Origin: Trichoplax adhaerens
Taxonomy: Eukaryota > Animalia > Placozoa
Length of the DNA stretch: 64,000 bases
Direction: 5' to 3'
NCBI RefSeq assembly: GCF_000150275.1
Contig: NW_002060945.1
Location: 4,389,397 to 4,453,396, forward strand
Program-made: the position numbers and the translations under genes
In this document: in pieces, positions 53,418 to 64,000 of the stretch
How the letters are laid out: each line of letters opens with the position of its first letter
Numbering within the stretch: position 1 is the stretch's first letter
Notes under the pieces: model-generated
What the model was told of the DNA's origin: nothing
Seen by the model: the letters and a program-made list of their open reading frames with translations, nothing else
Databases searched by the model: none

Positions 53418-55367
53418 ATGAGTGGATCAAAGCAAAACTTTTCAATTTTAAACGTCGTTTCTCAGCGTACATTTTTGGCTATGATGGTTAGCAAATACTT
53501 AGTAAATTATTTTATACTGTATCGTAAACGATATCACATTAATTTCAATATAAATGTTCAAATTTCGAGAGTAGCCGTAGCACTGTAAACTACATTAAGA
53601 TATCATTTAAGTTGTAATTCCTTTAGCAATTCGCTTATGCAAAAATTTAGACGATATCTAACGTATAATTACTGTCGCTAGAACAAATACTACAATGATA
53701 ATTAATCTAGAAATTAATAATATATCGTTTCCTGTCGCTAGAATAAATGCTGTAATAATCATCAATCTAGAAATTAATACATTAGTTTCAGTAGTATTCG
53801 AAAGGCTATAGAAGAGTTTACCGGATGTCAGAATATGATATGGTTAGAATTAAAATATTTGATCGAGAAAGTATATGAGTATAAGAAGCTATTGTAGAGA
53901 TAACTACTCGTATTAGCGTAAGAGTATATTATAGTCCTTTTTGCAGTCCTTGTGATACGAGTACTGATTATATATTATCATATATTCTGTACGGTAATGC
54001 ATCATAGCATGATTCTTCAGTTACAAAGAAAATTTTAGTAAGCTACGTATCAATAGTCCGAATCTACGGTATCCAATCACAATATTTCTTTTCTATAAAA
54101 TCGGTACTTTATATAATTGTAATATTGGGTACATTACAATAGATGATTGGATTTTTAAGTAGTAAATTAAACTAATATAGTTATGTCTTATTTGCGGTAG
54201 TTACGTATTAGAATAAAGTACTATTAATTTATTTTAGGCGTACAGTCAGTAAACACTAATAATAATCTGCACGGTGAAGCGTGCTGAGCAAAGCTAGACT
54301 CGCCCGCGCGCGTTTTTCACGGGTATCACGAGGCTAGTTAAATTAATTAAATCATCATTTATAGAAAGGAAATCAAAATACATATGGTATCGTAGATCTC
54401 CTTACAATACTGCACCGACAGAGAAAACTAGACTATTTATTATGATTTTCTTTAAAAACTGTTTGTTAAGATCGAGAAAAGTCGAAATATCGAATATCAA
54501 GTTAAATCTAATTTCTAGTCTCATCTCTTAATTAAATTTGAATTGATAATCTGGGAGTAATTTTTATATCTTAACTATACAGTATTGCTATAAGTATCGA
54601 TATTATATAGCGAATTACTGGTATTGATACGGTACAGTATTCTCTACGTGTCTAGATAACTACGAGAGAATTGTCGCTTTTTAGTTTAATTAATAGTTAA
54701 TTTGATTCATTAAAAATTACGAGTTGCAAGAGCGAGCACACTTCTATTGCTATCAATGTATATCTAGGCTTGAAAAGATAAGTCTTACAAGCCAGCAGGT
54801 GTCTAAATCCAAAATTAATCTAACCTTACAAATATATCAAATTCTTTTATTATTTAGATGTTTATGCTATCGATCAATCTTTACGGAGTTCTTCACTGCC
54901 ACGGCCGCTCTATTATTATTAAGAGAGATACTCCTGAGATGTTTCCTTTGGAGAATAAATTTATACAACCAGAAGTTTGTATCGATGGCGGAAATATTGC
55001 CAACGACTATCTTCACCAAATTAGACAACAAAATAAGTGTGCAATTATACAAGAAACAAAGTATTTTCGTATTCATTACGATGACTTCGGTTATCCTACA
55101 CCGACTGGATTCATGGCGAAAACTTGCCTTCCTATTAACTGCGGAGATACTGAAGACGTCAGCAAAAATTGCAGAAACTATGTTAACATGACCAGTCATC
55201 CTCTTTATATCCGTTATTCAGATAATCAGGTTGGAGTAACGCAATATCTTAGTGTCGCCAATTGTATAATACCGCCAACAAATAAAACTGTTATATTTGG
55301 TACTTTACAATCTAACAAGACGATCGAATTTCTCGATAATGAAGTTAATACTATAAATACTTGGTAA
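53418..55367 (+). CDS. Secreted Cys-rich protein with divergent TGF-beta/cystine-knot-like domain, 2 exons (53418-53486, 54858-55367), ~192 aa
   Basis: Exon 1 MSGSKQNFSILNVVSQRTFLAMM|gttagc joins in phase 0 to ttatttag|MFMLSINLYGVLHCHG, giving a signal-peptide-like N-terminus. RSIIIKR dibasic site follows, then six Cys, with C..FRIHYDDFGYPTPTGFMAKTC resembling the TGF-beta finger 1 pattern. Exon 1 is less certain than exon 2. Confidence 0.65.
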
Positions 55368-55836
55368 CTCAACACAATTTATTGTAATAATAATAATCAC
55401 GATATACGAATATATCGAAGATAACAAGATGGTTATCTGTCATATTTATACCTCAAATTTCGATTATTTCGAGTAATTATAAAGTATTTACGTAATGTTC
55501 TTCACGAGGATAATATTAAGTATGAGATTTTATCTCAGTACTACATTACTAATCTAAGATATTATGCAACTACTAAATTATATTACTATCATCAACTAAT
55601 TATTAATCAACTAATTATTAAGCTGCAAATGATAATTTAAATTAATCGAATCGAATAATGAAGTAGAAGTTAATTTTACTATTCTATTTGAACAATTCAT
55701 TGGGCTATTTATATAGTTTATTAAGTACCCAAAGTGAATCCATAAATACAGTATTATTGTAGTCGAATACATATACTGTATTACGTATTACTGAATATTC
55801 TATAAGGTAATCGATAGTAAAATGTATTCCTTTTAA

Positions 55837-56078
55837 AGTACTTATTTTGGAGATATATTTATTGACGGTGTGTTGATAATGGAATTAGAAATCTATTGTT
55901 ACTCAATATTTTTACCCTATTTATGTTGCACTATATATCTCGCACATCTAGCTTTTACAGTACTTATTTTGGAGATATATTTATTGACGGTGTGTTGATG
56001 ATGGAATTAGAAATCTATTGTTACTCAATATTTTTACCCTGTTTATGTTGTACTATGTATCTCGCACATCTAGCTCTT
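55837..56078. repeat. Tandem duplication, ~121 bp x 2
   Basis: agtacttattttggagatatatttattgacggtgtgttgat...ctcgcacatctagct occurs at ~55838 and ~55959. Confidence 0.92.
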
Positions 56079-57149
56079 TTGTATTACTAATAAATTTATA
56101 TTTTACATAATATTACACTTGTCTATCTAAGTGATTTAAATCGTTTAGCGGTTCAACCGATAGAGTAGATATTATTTACGATCGCGTCTTAAGATGTAGA
56201 TGATATGGATCATATCGAGTAATGCACCCACCTATTTAAGTGTTGAAATTACAGTAAACACGAATAAACAAGCTAACACATGCAGTACTATATGCTTAAT
56301 TAATCTTGAATAAGAATACGGTTGGCCAGACTATCGATGCTAGTAATTATATTAAGCGTAATATAAGTGATCTTCTTATTTTATTAGCTTTCCTCATTTA
56401 TACACCGTACAGATCTCAATAAATACTAGCATTCTACAGGGAATAGAGCGTTAGCATTAAGAGCTACATCAAAAATCCATACTAAAACCCTTTATTAAGC
56501 ATAGAAATACGTACTTTCCCAAAACTTTTATTGCATTTACAGCTGGATACTTTCATTTTAGAGGTAGGAAACATTACAAGTAAACGTATTGAAAGTTTTC
56601 TTGAAAGCCCGTAGAGTACATTACATTCGAAGCTATTTAATTTCATCTACCATTTTTTCCTGAAAACGACTTAAAAGCTGATGATACGGGTTAAATTATG
56701 TTGAGCCGTTTCAGCTAACTTGAATGCACTACTAATAAATTAAAAAAATTATTAATGGGTATACTACAGGTAACTTTTATATTCATGAAACTAAAATATT
56801 AAAGCTGAAGTCTATAACATAACAACATTTGGTCAGCATACGTACGATATACCTTAGGGATATAACATTCCGAAGTTAAGCATTTATCCTTATGCAGCGA
56901 TGGGTACTAGTTTGTGTTACTCGTATATTGCTAAATTTATTATAAAGAGAGTATTGGAGTAGTCCAAAAATCTTGACCGGCTTTCTCAATGCTGAGGTAA
57001 GCGTACAGTAGGCAGCGTGACAAAGGACAGAGGTAGTGTGAGCTCTCTTACGCATAGTACTGCTGGCTAAGAAATATTACAATCAGCTACAGTAATGCAA
57101 GTGCTTCCCATTACTTCCCATCTCTACATTTTCATTGGCAAAATTGCAC

Positions 57150-57270
57150 TTCGTAGGCTTTGCAAGCTTTGCATTTGCAGGATACCTTTTTTATATAGCC
57201 TTCCCTCCTGCGCCATTGCCTGAAGCTGGCGGCGTCGTGTTGTCGGTCCATCTTGCCGCACCGGCAAGGT
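57150..57270 (+). promoter_or_regulatory. GC-rich island upstream of ICE1: probable promoter or non-coding first exon
   Basis: Locally CpG-rich in AT-rich DNA; YY1-like CCATCTT at 57248-57254; ends in a donor-like aag|gtacag at 57268, ~400 bp before the ATG at 57667. Confidence 0.45.
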
Positions 57271-57666
57271 ACAGTGTACATTGTACTGTAGCATAACTAC
57301 AATACAATGTACAGTACAGTACAGTACTGTACTCGACGAAGTACAGTACTGCACATTACTGTATACCTTACAGTACAAAGATCTTACTGTATAGTGTGGA
57401 CTGTGTCCACTGACTTACTAAAGCCATCCAAAATTGTCCCACCTGTAAAAGAATAATTTAATATCATCTACCCTTTAATCAGACTTAATTATTGTTATTC
57501 CTTCCATCGTATGGACTTTAGGGTTATGAAATGGAATCATTGATGAATTGTAGCTCTTTTTCATAACAGATCGTTGATAGGAAACTCTCACTTAATGTGC
57601 GGTAATCAGGGCATCTGAATAGCAAGAGAAAGAGACCATCACCAGCCTCTTGTCCTCATCAGCAAA

Positions 57667-60600
57667 ATGCAAGACTTTGATGTCGATGCGGATCAGTTAA
57701 GGAAGCAGATTTTAACCATCAAGGAAGCAATATTCGATCGTGGAAAGTTATTGACATTGTATCAAGAGAAATGCAATCAAGTTCAAGCTATTCGAAAAGA
57801 ATTAATCGATGATGCTGCAACACAACAGCGATTAATAAGTGAATTGAAGAACAGTCAGTCATTACAACCAAAGTTAACACATGCAGAAGAAACGATACAA
57901 CAGTTGCAAGAGGACAAACGACAATTGACATCTTTGCTTGAACAGCAACAAAATGCAACTGCAGCTAGCCAAAAATATGCAGAACAATTACGCTTAGTCA
58001 TTACAGAAAATGAATCCGCTAGATTCAACCTAAAGTCGGAAAGCAGTAACTTGAAAAATAATATTGACAAATGGAAAGTAGAAGATAAAAAAAATAAAGA
58101 AAAAATTGAAAAATACGCCAGTAAAATTGAATATTTAACTAAATTTAATAAAGGTTCGTTGAATAGCCTGACATTTTAAAAATGGATTATTTCAAGCCTA
58201 TAGGCTGTACATAAGTGACTGTGACATAATGCTAAAATTAGTGTAGTATTCAATCAATAGATGAATAGACAAGTACACTGTACATTTAGCCGAGCACCAT
58301 TTCTCTTTTGATAATGTATAATTACAATATAATTTATTTCTACGATATTATAATACTCGTAAGCATAGTAAAATAATTACATCAAAATTTATATTTCAAT
58401 TTATTTACATATGACGTAGTCTTGAAAGAAGAGAAGCAACAGCAAGCTAAGAAAATTAAAGAACTAGAGAAAGAACTTTCCAGGCTAGAAAAATCATCTG
58501 CAAACTATAACAATAATAGCAGTAGGAAGAGGCAGCATAAAAGGAATAGCGTCTCTGTTACCAAATGCCACAAATTAGGCAGTCCTAATTTGGTTAATGA
58601 TAAAGTATCGGATGTACCAGAACCTGAAATTGGCGACTTTACATCATCAGATTCTGATTCTTCTGCAGAGTCTAGAATTGAAAAAGCCTTGGCTGATCCT
58701 TCGCAGCAATACTCCGGTGAACAGACATTGAACAGTCCTTGCAAATCAAATAAAGAGGAAGGAGAAATTTCGGACGCTACAGAGGATGGATCACAAAGTG
58801 GTCTCGTTGAAGGTCAAAACCATCATATAGAATATGACAACAACGAAATAGACATGGATAATGATCTCGCATCATTTGATCAAACCAAATCCATTGAATT
58901 TCCGATACGAAAAGACTCTCCTAAATATATTGCCAACCAAGAAAGTGAACAACACGACATTAAGCAAGATTCAGAGCCATGCACTGTTCGGCATAATCAC
59001 CGTAAACTATTGACCGATACTAAACATTCTCGTAGACAAAAGCTAACCCGGAGTTGTAAACCAGTTGCAAAGCTGCCAAGTGCTAATCAAATAATTGATT
59101 CACTGCCTAATCAAATCACTGATACCTCATCAAGTGCTGCTGGAGTCGATATCATCGATAAAAATAAAAAAGATCAAACGAATGATCAGAATACGAAACT
59201 GGTAGGAGATCATGGGTTAAAAAGAAAAAGAGTAGATAAGACTGCTATCGATAAATCACCTAGCAAAATTTTTTCTAACACCAATATAATAGCTGATGCA
59301 ACACCACCAGTGCCATTAGCGTATCATAAGAATGAAAATTATACGGATATTTTAATGAAGGTGCAAGAAGAGATTGATACAATTGATAATCTTGCATTAT
59401 CACCGCTATCATTTAATTCTGATCGTGAAGATGATCGCACTGCAAGAGTCTTACAAGATTTTTCAGAATTCTGTTCTGTAATCCTTGACGATACTATCTC
59501 ACCCATTTCTTCATCATCCAATGAAGAATATCAGGACGGTAACCGAGCAAACTTAGACGCTTGTTCAAACAAGGATCATGCTCAACAAACAAGTAAAATT
59601 CATGGCAATTTCAACGTAGATGCAACTAACACCATAGACACTGATGACACTTGTATCAGTAAGGAAGTAGGTTTATCTTCGCTAATTTAATTGAATTATT
59701 TATATCATAATACTATATTAAAATATTATTAAGTTTTTCATCGAAATCGATTGCAGGTGTCTTAATAAGAGACCTTACGGAGATTTTATTCGTAGTATTA
59801 ATAACAAGATTCTTTACTTCGTGTATATATTTAGAATGCGAATGATATAGATAAAGGAACGAATGTAACAAAAGTAGCTAAATTTATAGGAGTATGCCAA
59901 CAATCAAGAAACTCTTCAGAATCCTCCGAGAGTGATAAACCAAATCGCACTAAACCTGCTTTGCCTAATGAAAATGAACAAATAAACAAAACACCACAGC
60001 AACGAAAAAAAAATTTGAAAAATACACGTACGAGTGTAATAGAATACAATAATAATAGTATTATTAATTTTGTATCCTATCTTTTCATCATTTTCTAAAA
60101 ATTGTGTGGCTATGCTACTTCAATTAACTTTTATAGGCTATAATACTAGACAGCGAACCCGTTATAAAGACACCGACAATGTAGTAAAGTCTTCATCTCA
60201 TCGCAGTACTAGAATGAACATTAAATCGAATAAACGACAAGTCATAAGTTGCAAGGATCACGAGTCTTCTGATAGTGAAGACGATTTCCAGCCAAAATAT
60301 TGGAATGACTTATTTTTAGCTCTATACAGTAACAGAGTATCTGTCAGCGCAATAACTGAAAGAATGATACATGATAATGTTTCAACAACTAGGATGGTTT
60401 ATGTCCTTTTATCAAATTTACCGTCGCTTCTTGATTCAAAAACTGATAGCGAACTGGACCCACTTGAACATTTAATTAACGATGATTACTCTAAATCTAT
60501 TTTATGTGCACAAGAAAATCGATTTGTTGATGCTGTAATCAAGCTTGAAAGCAAATATGTAAGTCCAGATTAACATTTACTGCGGCTTTTAAAATCTGTG

Positions 60601-62694
60601 TAACAGAATGCTGATGTCGTACCTTAATGGCATGCTTATGAGGATTGTTTTATCACGAACTATGCATTGTTATCCTTACAGAAACCAGACTCTTCATTTC
60701 TATCTCAGTTCTTGCACATCATCTCAAGCTCTGCTTTCAGCCAAAATGACGAATGCAACCAATTACAATTATCCAAATGGTAGGATTACCCGGCAGACAA
60801 TCATTATTTTTTTATTTTCAATATTAACTGTTCTATAATTTAATACTTCTTGCTTCTATTTCATACAGTCGCTTAATGGTTGATATCTGTAAAAGATTAG
60901 GTAAGTAATGCAGCTATGATGTAGATAGCGGTCATGGATTAATAGGTGCATCTAGTAGTCCTTGATAATGACATACTTGTTACCATAAATGTTATCCCAT
61001 ACAGGTTTGATATCACAGTGTATGGATTTTAACTTCTTTTCTATATAGGATTAGCTAAGCCAATTATTGATTTCCTGACAAAAATTGTTAACGAAGGCCA
61101 TAAATGTAATAGAATTTATTTACAGCAAGTTTTCCTAACAGTATTTATTGTTTGGCCGGATTGTCTTAAGGAGGTGTGTCATTATTGATACAGAGACTGT
61201 AATCTAACTTTAGCAGCATGGCAGCAAATACGCGTATACATGGTTTTCATTGTCTTCAATTTTATTATATCGGTCAATCATCAATATACAATATACTTAA
61301 CGAAATTTCGAAATTTTTTTATTTGACTAAACAAGGATTTACACGTACGTAATGAACACCCATACCTATGGAAAGGTACGTCATTTTTTATACTCGTATA
61401 ATCTTGTACAAAATTCTTACCTAATACAAGATAATTCTTTGGTAAAAATCACCTTTTTTTACGCTTCGTACTGTAGATCTGTTTGATCCACAATTGGCCA
61501 CTATCGAAATTATATTAATCTACCTTATCAGTTGCACTGGTAATTTTACTATTCAAGTTAAGGAAAAGGTATGGCTTCTCTTGAGATAAATATTCAGTAC
61601 TTGAATTCAACTCTTATAATTACCACTGAAATGAAAAATTTTAATTTCTAGATGAAGAAAATACTAAATGTTACACAGACATGGAAAGAGGTTGATTCGT
61701 TATCTTCGTTGCTTACCGAGTTATATTATACTGTTATTATAATTCTCATTTATTTATAACCTCATTATTCTACCGAAGGTGATACAGTGTTTGTTCTCGA
61801 TTTTTTAGTTACACAACCACCGAGATTTGATAATTTTGGTCGTTATGAAATTCTTAGATTTGTTAAATGATCTAAATTTTGGCTCATCTAATGCCTTAAC
61901 TGGTAAATACGTATTTCTTCTGTTGTTTAATACACCTTAATAGAACCAGGTCATTTAATGATTTTAGTTGTTTATCGACTAAGATTCTTTTTTTAAAGGT
62001 GACAAATCTGACCAACAAATAAAGTTATTGGACGATCGTACGCTTGTACTATGCCATTGTATTGAGATTCTATGTTTATATGAAGAACCGCATAAAGTTT
62101 TTACGAAAATTATCTCGACTAAGATGTTCCCGACAATAACTCGATGGAAAAGTCATGCCCTAACACAGCGGTGGGTCAGAAGTCAAGCTTCATCACTTAT
62201 CACAGTTGTATCTATTGTATGGATATTAGGTAAGTATATCTGCTATCATTACAATGTAATAATGATTATGTACAAATGAAATTAATATTTTGAAAATGAT
62301 TACTACTCTGTGTCATTTAAAGGGAAAATTGGTAAGCAGTGGATTCACGATAACGCAACCACTGTAGACAAAATTGCCGAATTGTTAATTTCTTTACTGT
62401 TGGAAGTAGAATTATCCAAAGGTATAGCTCATAATGTTTATACTTTAATTAAATAGTATAACTTGAATAAGCAGCTCTCAATTGCTAACGTCAATGGACT
62501 TATGCTCATCGTTAGGTACTTATTCTATTCAAGCAGCAGCCGCTAGATCTTTGTTAGAGTTGCAATTGATGAGAAAAACATCCATCGAGAGGGTAGTAAC
62601 AACTTGGCTTGATCGTGTGAATAGTCATGTTGACTTTTCTTTTTCTACGCCCTTGAGTATTTCAACCTTTTGTAGTTTAGTCAATTTCAACTGA
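57667..62694 (+). CDS. ICE1: Little elongation complex subunit 1 (ICE1) orthologue, multi-exon
   Basis: N-terminal coiled coil LTIKEAIFDRGKLLTLYQEKCNQVQ resembles ICE1 LITLKQKIINTDNLLTEYQKKCDELQ as I recall it. A long low-complexity S/D/E-rich middle follows (58420-59666). C-terminal helical exons give CRLMVDICKRLG, IISTKMFPTITRW, VVSIVWILGKIGK and IQAAAARSLLEL, matching ICE1 CRVYVGICRQLG, IISKELWPVMDKW, ASILRLIGRLGQ and IQLAAVYALCDL. Exons include 57667-58153, 58420-59666, ~59835-60028, 60138-60558 and the last at 62517-62694. Confidence 0.85.
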
Positions 62695-64000
62695 GCCATA
62701 AGGTTAACAGCATCGATTAAAGACATAATACTTCAATCTTGTTATCCTTTTATTATAGTATTTTTAATTAGTGAAAGTGTACAAATTGTAAATGATGTAC
62801 TTTAACAGGCTTATTTCTGGCATATCTACAAGATACTATCCGTAATTACTTCCAGAATGTGTGTATGCCTTAAGAGATTTTAAATCTTGCTTTTGTGTCA
62901 TTTGATATTTTTATGTATAATAAACGATCGTATAACTAAACTGCTGCTTCTCTATTAAAAGTGTTGCAATGGCGTCTAAAATACGTCCTTTGTAAAAGTT
63001 GATAAAGTACAAAGTTATTTTGTAAAATTCAATCGTACCAAAGCATTACTGTATATCTTTTCTACCTTTTAAAGTGACTAGTGTGCGCAATTCAACTATT
63101 ATTGTATCACCTTAGGACAGAGTCACATTCTAAATATTACTTTTTGATATATTTATACGATGACCTTAAATCAGTCTATTAAAATAAAATGATAAATGTG
63201 TACTGTTGCAATACGGCTTACATCTAATGGAAAGATTCTAAAGTTTTTCTGTTATCAAGCGTCTGTTACAGTTCACAATAGTGTGGTTTATCGGGTGTTG
63301 TACTACGGTACAACCTAACAGTTATTATTAATAGTATAATGATGCAGCTTGATAATAGTTTAATGGCTTAACCAAAGCCAAAGTAGTGAATCTGAACATG
63401 CTAATAAATATAAATTTTTGAATGTGATTATATTTAAAAGCTAGTTAAATACTTTACTAGAGGCTTTTGCAATTTACTTGACATCATCGACATAAAATGA
63501 AATGTGTATTTCATATTAAGTGATGTTATTAAAGGGTATTTAAAGTATTTCATCGAAACAGTAGTCATTTTTGTCGCCTGCGAGTACGATATAATGATCA
63601 CTTTAACTGTCGAGTTTCTTCCATTAATGATATTATCTATGTTATAAACATCAGATATATCAGTTATACTTCAATAACTAGGAGAAAGGTAAAATTAATT
63701 TCAAACGTCACTGAACAAATATCAATTTATTATTCGTCTGCCTTAATAAATGGGCTTGTTGATTGGTAAAAATCATTACATTTGATCAAGTATAGTAAAG
63801 AAACAATTTCATAAATGAAATTGTAGGTCTACTCCTTGAGAAGTAAAATATACGAACTACAGTGCATATACAAAAGAGTACGATATTCGTCCATACAAAG
63901 GAGGAAATAAACTTATTATAATTATTATAATTATTACTATTATGACTTGTATTAATATTATTAATATTATAGTTGTTATATCATTTCATAAGAACATTTT

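Larger units (their letters stand above)
41867..53818. repeat. Near-identical duplicated blocks interleaved with N gaps (uncollapsed haplotypes or recent segmental duplication)
   Basis: Approximate matches: 41867-42702=47612-48447; 42753-43050=48564-48860; 43153-43985=50370-51198; 44469-45793=52495-53818; 45844-46160=51166-51480; 46633-47560=51539-52466. Confidence 0.95.

Noticed and set aside
54724-55199. Overlapping ORFs 54724..55191 (+) and 54867..55199 (-)
   Set aside because: Alternative-frame shadows; only the 54858 frame has a splice acceptor, signal peptide, dibasic site and Cys pattern.

Overview
AT-rich, intron-rich eukaryotic (animal) genomic DNA with short GT-AG introns and N-filled assembly gaps. 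Composition, gene style and the tandem intronless GPCRs suggest an early-branching animal such as a placozoan (inference only). Manual splicing gives: two tandem intronless rhodopsin-class GPCRs (-); a 4-exon DAP1 gene (+) absent from the ORF track; a 2-exon WH1+CRIB-like MESR3-family gene (-); a probable decayed multi-exon gene (+, 22.3-25.5 kb); a myosin III gene (-, kinase-motor-4 IQ) whose kinase splices to DFD rather than DFG; a secreted protein with a divergent TGF-beta/cystine-knot-like Cys pattern and almost no prodomain (+, 53.4-55.4 kb); and an ICE1 orthologue (+). There are several tandem repeat arrays and a ~12 kb gapped region of near-identical duplicated blocks, probably uncollapsed haplotypes. 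No rRNA, tRNA, CRISPR array or intact transposase was recognised. All family calls come from remembered motifs, not database searches.
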